Position numbers and translations under genes: made by a program. Positions 58,129-64,000 of a DNA stretch of 64,000 bases are shown one piece after another. The stretch's first letter is position 1; the number at the start of each line of letters is the position of its first letter. The DNA lies in assembly GCA_964565645.1 (NCBI GenBank), contig CAZMFQ010000009.1, positions 47,391-111,390 of the forward strand, read 5' to 3'. Source of the stretch: an uncultured Eubacteriales bacterium. GTDB lineage: Bacteria > Actinomycetota > Coriobacteriia > Anaerosomatales > JAHIQC01. The notes below the pieces were generated by a model. That model had not been told where the DNA came from. It searched no databases and saw only the letters and a list, made by a program, of their open reading frames with translations.

Positions 58129-61100
58129 CTAGTGCAATACGCTCGCCGCATCGTCGCGGACGCCTTGCGACAGGGCCGCCAATCCGCCCAGGTAGCGTAT
58201 CTCGGAGATGAAGTCGGCCTGCGCCGCAAGCTCCGACTTGACGCCAGGGTCGAGCGAGGTGGCCGGGGTGAGCAGCAATACCGAGCCCGAGTGGCCCTGC
58301 ATCACGCCACCGCACAGGGCGTCGGCGAACCCGGTCCCGTTCGAGAGCGCGAGGTGGTCCCAGACAAGCCCGTCATCCACGCCCGTGCGTGCGACCGCGA
58401 GTGCCGTCGCATAGCGCGTCGCCCCCTGCACGCGGGAGTTGGCGATACCGGCAGCCGCAAGCTGCCCTTCGGCCGCGGCCGGGACAGCGCCGGTGCCGCC
58501 CAGAACGACCACGTCCGTCACGCCGACCTTCTTCATCGCTGCGATGGTCGCAGACGAAAGCCCGGTCGGGCCGCTCAGGTACAGCGGACGCCCGAACGCG
58601 GTCGAGAGCGGTGCGGCGGCGAGCGCGTCGGCGAACGACGCCCCGGTGGCCACGTAGGCCGTGCCGTCGAAGCCGCCGTGCTGCTCGGCGACCGCACGGG
58701 TCGCGATGGCAACGGCGGTGCTGTAGCGATCGGCGCCCCACAGGCGCTCGACCGAGGTGCCGGGACCGAGCGCTGAGCGGACAGCGCCCTCGACGCCGAC
58801 GGACAGGGCGCTCGTGCCACCCAAGATCAGCACCTTGGTAGGCGCGAGGCGGATGAGCTCGGCGCGCGTCACCGCGGGCAGGGCATCCGTCGCAGACAAC
58901 AGGATCGGTGCGTCGGTCGCGCCGGCGAGCGCCGCACCGCCCATCGCGTCAGGCCAGTTGATCCCCGACGCAAGGAGCACGGTCTGCGCTCCGTCAGGGT
59001 GAGAGGCCTTGGCGACCTGGACGGCCGTCTCATAACGATCGGCGCCGGAGAAGGTGGTCTTCTTGGTCGCCGAGACGCGGACCGTGAACGCATGCGTGCC
59101 CACCGCGGTCTCGTTGCCGGCCACATCGACCGCGCGGTACCTGAGCGTGTGAGCGTCCGTACGCGCGAAGCTCACAGCTGTGCCCTGCGTCTCGGGCCCG
59201 CCGTCGATCGACCAGTACACGCGCGCAACACCCGAGTGGGCGTCGGTGGCGACCAGCGTGAAGTGCGCCGCATCGACCATCTCTGCGGAGTCGGGAGAGA
59301 CGACCACCGCCGGTGCCGTCTTGTCGATGCGCACGGTAGCGGTCTCCGTCGCACAGCGATTGCCCGCCACGTCGAGCGCGGCGTACTCGATGGTCGTGGT
59401 TCCCTCGACAGCGACCGGGATCGACGCGTTCGCCTCGGCAACCGAACCGGCGCTTGCGGCACCGTCGGGAGCGGTCACGACCCACTCGATGCCCGCGACG
59501 CCCGAGAGCGTGTCGGTCGCCGAGAGCGTGACCGTCGCATCCGTGGTCCGCCACGCGTCCGACGCATCATCGGTCGCGATCGGAGCGGACTCGTCCACGT
59601 ACACGTTCGTGGTCTTGGGCGTCTCCGTGTTGCCGAGGAGATCCACCGCACGGTAGGTCACCGTGGTGGTTCCCGGCGCACTCACCTCGAACGGGCCCTC
59701 GTAGAGCATCCATCCGCCCGAAGGAGCGGTGCGGTACTGGATGCTCGCGACGCCCGAATGGGTGTCTGTCGCACCCAGCGTCACCGTGACCGGCGTGCTC
59801 GACCAGCCCGTCACATGGGAGGCGTCCGACACCGGCGCGCTCTTGTCGATGCGCACCGTGGCGGTCTCGGTCGCACACCTGTTGCCGACCGTATCGATCG
59901 CCGAGTACTCGATGACCGTCACACCCTCGGCGGTCACGGGTACCGTCGCCGTCCCCGCCGCGACCGATCCGGAGCCGACCGTGGCGCCCGAGACGGCCCA
60001 GCGAAGCGACTCGACGGTCGAATCGACGTCGGTGGCCGTCAGGGTGACCGTCACATCCGTCGTCACCCAACCCGCGGGAGCGTCATCGCTCACCGCCGGC
60101 GGCGCCGAATCGAGCCAGACCGCCATCGTGTCCGGCTCCTCGGCATTGCCTACCGCATCGACGGACCAGAAGGTGACGAGCGTCTCACCGGAGGTCGAAA
60201 GCGGGAACGGACCGTTGTACAGGGTCGCACTGCCGGACCCGAGGCGGTACCAGGTGCTCGCCACACCCGAGTGCGCATCGGACGGCGTGAGCGTCACGGT
60301 CGCCGGAGTGCTGGCCGAGCCGGGGGTGTAGGTGGCCGTCGTGGAGGGTGCGGTCTTGTCGAGCCGAACGGTCACCGTCTCGGTGGCGCAGCGATTGCCC
60401 ACCGCGTCGGTGGCCGAGTATTCAACCGTTGTGGTGCCGTCGAGCGTCACGCTGAGCGGCGCGGTCGACGCGGCGAGCGCGGCGTTCGTGACGCCACCGT
60501 CCGGATCGATGCGGCGATACGACAGCGTCGCGACACCCGAATCGGGGTCGTTCGCCGAGAGCGCGAAGTCCACATCAGCGTTGCGCCAGCCGGTCGGGGC
60601 GTCGTCGGACACACTCGGGGCGACATCGTCCACGAGAACCATTGTTGTCTTGGGCGCCTCGGTGTTGCCCGCGACGTCGGCGGCCCAGTAGGTGACGGTC
60701 GTGGTCCCGGTCGTCGAGACCTGGAACGCTCCCGCATAGCGGATCCACGCGCCCACGGGCGCCGTGCGATACCAGATCGAATCGACTCCCGAGAAGGGGT
60801 CGCCGGACTGAAGCGTCACGCTTACCGGCCCGGTCGTCCAGCCCGAGGTGTGCGTCGCGGTCGAGGCCGGTGTGCTCTTGTCGATGCGGACCGTCGCGGT
60901 CTCGGTCGCACAACGGTTGCCCGCGGTATCGACCGCCGAGTACTCGATGGTGGTGGTGCCCTCGGCGGTCACGGGGACCGCAGCGGGACTCGATGCCGAG
61001 GAGCCTGCACCGCTGCTCGCGCCTGCGAGCACCCAGTCGATGGAGGCGATACTCGAGTGCACGTCATACGCGGTGATCGTGACGGTGCTATCTGCTGTGC

Positions 61101-64000
61101 GCCAGGTCGTCGGTGCGTTGTCGGAGACGACCGGCGCCTCGGTGTCGACGGTGACCTCGCTCGCTGTCGCCGCGACATTGCCCGCGACATCGCGGGTCCA
61201 CGCCGTGACGGTGTGCTTGCCCGACGGACCCGGCGAGAACGGGGCGCCCGTGTAGAGCTGGGGGGCTCCCCCGTCAACGCGATACCACACGCTCATGAGC
61301 CCCGACACGCTGTCGGACGCCACGAGCGAGACCTGCGACGGTGAAGCGATGATGCCCAGGCCCGGCGCGGTCTTGTCGATGCGCACCGTCGCCGTCTCGG
61401 TCGCGCAACGATTGCCCGCGTCGTCGATCGCCGAGTACTCGATGGTCGTGGTGCCCTCGGCGCTGACGGCTACGGTCGCCGTATCGGTGGCCACGACGGC
61501 CACGGGAGCGCCCGGACCGTTGACCACGACATCCAGCCCGACGACGCCCGACATCGCATCGGTCGCCGTGATGGTGACGGTGGTGTCACTCGTGAGCCAG
61601 CCGCCGAGCGCGTCGTCGGTGACGGTCGGCGGGGTCGTGTCGTCGCGATCATAGGTGACCGAGACGCCCTGCAGCTCGACACCGGCGCCCGCCTCGATGC
61701 GTACGACGATATCGATGAAGCGAGACTTCGGAAGTGCGGACAGGTCACTGCGCTCGGAGGCACCGAACACGCGACCGAAGTAGTTGCCGCTGCCGGTCGT
61801 CCAGTCGATCGGGAGCCCATCCATGCCCAAAGCCTCTGACCAACTCAGGCCATCCCCCGACAGTCGCACGCCGAACTTGACCGCGCTCCCGGGCGAGATC
61901 GTCGCGCACTCGGAAACCAGGCGGCTCCACCCAAAGAAGCCCGCGGAATCCCCGACCGCGCGAAGCCCGACCGAAGTCCCGCTGCCTCCCAGAGTGCCGG
62001 TCTGCCGCAAGCCGGAGGTGTTGCACTGGCCCCAGTAGTCGTCGCCGGTCGCGACCACCGCGCCATCCGACCTCAGGGCGACGGTGTGCCACATGCCCGC
62101 GGACACCGCAGTGCCGTCCCTCCAGGCCGAGGTGTTGCATTGGCCATCGGCGTTGCCGCCGACCGCAAGCACGGTACCGTCCGTCTTGAGGGCGACGGTA
62201 TGGTACAGACCCGCGGACACCGCCGCAACGCCCGTCCATGACGAAGTGTTGCACTGGCCATCGCTGTTGCTGCCGGTCGCGACCACCGTGCCGTTCGTCT
62301 TGAGGGCGACGGTGTGGCACTGGCCCGCAGACACCGCCATGACGTCCGTCCAGGCCGAGGTGTCGCACTGGCCATTGAGGCCATCGCCGATCGCGACCAC
62401 CGTGCCGTCCGATTTGAGGGCGACGGTGTGGTACGCACCCGCCGACACCGCGATGACGTCAGTCCAGGCCGAGGTGTTGCACTGGCCTTGGCTGTTGCTA
62501 CCGGTCGCGACCACCGTGCCGTCCGTCTTGAGGGCGACGGTGTGGTACCTGCCCGCCGACACCGCCGTGACGTCCGTCCATGCCGAGGTGTTGCACTGGC
62601 CCAGGGTGTTGCTGCCGGTCGCGACCACCGTGCCGTCCGACCTCAGGGCGACGGTGTGCAACACGCCCGCCGACACCGCCGTGACATCCGTCCAGGCCGA
62701 GGTGTTGCACTGGCCATCGGCGTTGCCACCGACGGCGACCACCGTACCGTCCGACTTTCGGGCGACCGTGTGGTACCCGCCCGCAGACACCGCCGTGACG
62801 TCCGGAACGGTGACACTGCCTGGCAGACGCGTGGTATTCGCCGCACCACCTACGGTCACGGCCTCACCGGTGGTGCTGGCGTTGTGCTCGAAGTCCTCCT
62901 GAAGGTCCCACGTGAACTGCCGGTACGACCACACAGGTCTCGGCTGAAGGACCGTGATCGTCATGTCGTGAGAGGCAGCCGGAGCCACGCCGTTGGCGGC
63001 ATGAATGGTCACCGGGTAGACGCCGCCGGTCTTCTTGCCGAGAGTGCCGGACAACACGCCGGTCCCGTCGCCATTGTCAGTGAGGGAGAGTCCAGACGGC
63101 AGTGCACCGGTCACCGACAGCGCAGGCGCGGGATACCCGCTCGCCACTATCGACAGCGACGCGGGCTGCCCCGCCGTCACCGTGGCCTCGCTCGTCGCCA
63201 CGATCGACGGCGCCTGCAAAACGGTCAATGTGAAGGCGTCGTTCAAGTCCCCGCCGACACCGTTGCCGGCAGAGAGCTCAAGCGGGTAGATGCCACCGGT
63301 GCCTGTGGCGGGAGTCCCCGAAAGGGTGAGCGCCGAGGTCGTCGCGCTCATGGAACCCGCGTAGGCAGTCGCAAGCCCGCTCGGAAGAACACCCGAGAGG
63401 CCGAGCGTCGGCAGCGGGTAGCCGTTCGCCGTGAAGGTCTCCGTCTGCGCGGCGCCGACCGTGAACGTCACGTCACGCGAAGTGAGCTTCTCCGGGGCAT
63501 GCCGGACGTGGATCGTGAGCGTTTGGTCTGTGGGGCCGCCGATGCCGTTGTCCGCGCGTAGCACCACGGTGAAGGTGCCGCCCGGCCCGTCCGGCACACC
63601 GGCGATCGCGCCCGTGCCGTCGCCGTGGTCGACAAGCGTCAAGCCCGAAGGCGGCGCGTTCAAGTGGCCGAGCTGAGCGACCGGGAAGCCGGCGGCGGAG
63701 ACTTCGAAGGAGCCGTACGCACCGGCGGTCACCGTCATCTCGGCTGCCGAGACGAAACGCGGCTTCTCGAGCACCGTCACGTTCACGGCGACAGAGGCAT
63801 CGGTACCTACACCGTTCGCCGCGACAAGCGTCACCGGATAGCGACCGCCGTCACCCACGACAGGAGTGCCAGCGAGCGTACCGGCAGCGGTCGTCTCGGC
63901 GACGGATCCTCGGTAGGTGAACGCAAGGCTTGCGGGGACGGTGCCCGACATCGACAGCGTGGGCAGCGGCCACCCGTCCGCGGTGAAGGTCTCCGTTCGA
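58129..64000 (-). CDS. Giant cell-wall-anchored surface protein (5' end outside window)
   Basis: More than 1956 codons are open to the window edge. The upstream frame reads ETFTADGWPLPTLS before the first Met, continuing the repeat pattern. Domains: four or more putative Ig domains (G.P.P.L...G.LPSGL), 7 RCC1-like repeats, a beta-sandwich-like region, 10 Ig-like/OmpL47-type modules, and 3 CWB2 cell-wall-binding repeats (GADRYETA, GADRYSTA, GATRYATA). Confidence 0.85.
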   Translation of the reverse strand, partial: RTETFTADGWPLPTLSMSGTVPASLAFTYRGSVAETTAAGTLAGTPVVGDGGRYPVTLVAANGVGTDASVAVNVTVLEKPRFVSAAEMTVTAGAYGSFEVSAAGFPVAQLGHLNAPPSGLTLVDHGDGTGAIAGVPDGPGGTFTVVLRADNGIGGPTDQTLTIHVRHAPEKLTSRDVTFTVGAAQTETFTANGYPLPTLGLSGVLPSGLATAYAGSMSATTSALTLSGTPATGTGGIYPLELSAGNGVGGDLNDAFTLTVLQAPSIVATSEATVTAGQPASLSIVASGYPAPALSVTGALPSGLSLTDNGDGTGVLSGTLGKKTGGVYPVTIHAANGVAPAASHDMTITVLQPRPVWSYRQFTWDLQEDFEHNASTTGEAVTVGGAANTTRLPGSVTVPDVTAVSAGGYHTVARKSDGTVVAVGGNADGQCNTSAWTDVTAVSAGVLHTVALRSDGTVVATGSNTLGQCNTSAWTDVTAVSAGRYHTVALKTDGTVVATGSNSQGQCNTSAWTDVIAVSAGAYHTVALKSDGTVVAIGDGLNGQCDTSAWTDVMAVSAGQCHTVALKTNGTVVATGSNSDGQCNTSSWTGVAAVSAGLYHTVALKTDGTVLAVGGNADGQCNTSAWRDGTAVSAGMWHTVALRSDGAVVATGDDYWGQCNTSGLRQTGTLGGSGTSVGLRAVGDSAGFFGWSRLVSECATISPGSAVKFGVRLSGDGLSWSEALGMDGLPIDWTTGSGNYFGRVFGASERSDLSALPKSRFIDIVVRIEAGAGVELQGVSVTYDRDDTTPPTVTDDALGGWLTSDTTVTITATDAMSGVVGLDVVVNGPGAPVAVVATDTATVAVSAEGTTTIEYSAIDDAGNRCATETATVRIDKTAPGLGIIASPSQVSLVASDSVSGLMSVWYRVDGGAPQLYTGAPFSPGPSGKHTVTAWTRDVAGNVAATASEVTVDTEAPVVSDNAPTTWRTADSTVTITAYDVHSSIASIDWVLAGASSGAGSSASSPAAVPVTAEGTTTIEYSAVDTAGNRCATETATVRIDKSTPASTATHTSGWTTGPVSVTLQSGDPFSGVDSIWYRTAPVGAWIRYAGAFQVSTTGTTTVTYWAADVAGNTEAPKTTMVLVDDVAPSVSDDAPTGWRNADVDFALSANDPDSGVATLSYRRIDPDGGVTNAALAASTAPLSVTLDGTTTVEYSATDAVGNRCATETVTVRLDKTAPSTTATYTPGSASTPATVTLTPSDAHSGVASTWYRLGSGSATLYNGPFPLSTSGETLVTFWSVDAVGNAEEPDTMAVWLDSAPPAVSDDAPAGWVTTDVTVTLTATDVDSTVESLRWAVSGATVGSGSVAAGTATVPVTAEGVTVIEYSAIDTVGNRCATETATVRIDKSAPVSDASHVTGWSSTPVTVTLGATDTHSGVASIQYRTAPSGGWMLYEGPFEVSAPGTTTVTYRAVDLLGNTETPKTTNVYVDESAPIATDDASDAWRTTDATVTLSATDTLSGVAGIEWVVTAPDGAASAGSVAEANASIPVAVEGTTTIEYAALDVAGNRCATETATVRIDKTAPAVVVSPDSAEMVDAAHFTLVATDAHSGVARVYWSIDGGPETQGTAVSFARTDAHTLRYRAVDVAGNETAVGTHAFTVRVSATKKTTFSGADRYETAVQVAKASHPDGAQTVLLASGINWPDAMGGAALAGATDAPILLSATDALPAVTRAELIRLAPTKVLILGGTSALSVGVEGAVRSALGPGTSVERLWGADRYSTAVAIATRAVAEQHGGFDGTAYVATGASFADALAAAPLSTAFGRPLYLSGPTGLSSATIAAMKKVGVTDVVVLGGTGAVPAAAEGQLAAAGIANSRVQGATRYATALAVARTGVDDGLVWDHLALSNGTGFADALCGGVMQGHSGSVLLLTPATSLDPGVKSELAAQADFISEIRYLGGLAALSQGVRDDAASVLH
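59074..61629 (-). repeat. Five tandem pairs of alternating Ig-like modules (A-B)x5
   Basis: A modules end in ..EGTTTIEYSA.D.AGNRCATETATVRIDK.AP (GNRCATET invariant, 5 copies). B modules carry ..D..SGV.S.WYR......Y.G.F.....G..TVTY.A.D..GN.E. Confidence 0.75.
62002..62799 (-). repeat. Seven tandem 114-nt coding repeats (38-aa RCC1-like blades)
   Basis: Seven repeats with unit consensus V.AVSAG..HTVAL..DGTVVA.G.N..GQCNTS.W.. The DNA string GCCGAGGTGTTGCACTGGCC recurs six times on the plus strand. Confidence 0.85.

Noticed and set aside
62002-62799. Regular 114-nt tandem repeats considered as a CRISPR-like or non-coding satellite array
   Set aside because: There are no unique spacers. The units are contiguous, in frame, and encode RCC1-like blades inside a long ORF.
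63949-63951. ATG at 63951 as the start codon of the giant surface protein
   Set aside because: The frame remains open to position 64000 and the upstream residues (ETFTADGWPLPTLS) continue the Ig-repeat pattern. The Met is internal and the gene is truncated by the window.

Overview
High-GC bacterial chromosomal window, almost entirely coding, with most genes on the minus strand. Hand counts of single 60-nt lines give about 65% G+C in core genes. Left to right: (1) the end of an Mvh-type [NiFe]-hydrogenase operon (HdrA/MvhD-like fusion, MvhG). (2) A nine-gene Frz-like chemosensory operon: DUF4388 protein with tandem MshEN-type motifs, CheR-TPR, CheY, a PilB/GspE-family protein with all catalytic motifs degenerate, two CheW, an MCP with no sensor domain, CheA-REC and CheB. 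(3) A divergent NifA-like sigma-54 activator. (4) A complete Mo-nitrogenase region, nifH-D-K-(E-N fusion)-X-I1-I2-fdxB and nifB-modA-B-C-mop. Two -24/-12 promoters are each preceded, at the same distance, by an identical 19-nt dyad that does not fit TGT-N10-ACA. (5) Four small genes of unclear function. (6) tmRNA (ssrA), a VapBC module and smpB. (7) Housekeeping genes: M42 peptidase, flavodoxin-like, sufC/sufBD, ClC channel, RNase R, ctpA, ftsEX. (8) A split transketolase divergent from a red-type form I RuBisCO operon, cbbL-S-X-F-P-A. (9) A conflict-gene islet: an N-terminally truncated Rhs/YD-repeat toxin with an AT-richer toxin tip and a downstream lipoprotein gene, abutting a 3'-truncated abiEii, then an intact abiEi and a second VapBC. 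(10) YitT and PHP proteins. (11) The last 5.9 kb of a giant wall-anchored surface protein that runs off the right edge (Ig-like domains, seven-blade RCC1 propeller, five A-B Ig-like module pairs, three CWB2 repeats). I saw no rRNA, tRNA, CRISPR array, transposase or integrase. The best candidates for undescribed biology are the che operon built around a dead PilB-like protein plus a c-di-GMP-motif protein, and the non-canonical dyad/sigma-54 architecture of the nif promoters. All functional calls rest on motif recognition by eye. No database search was run.
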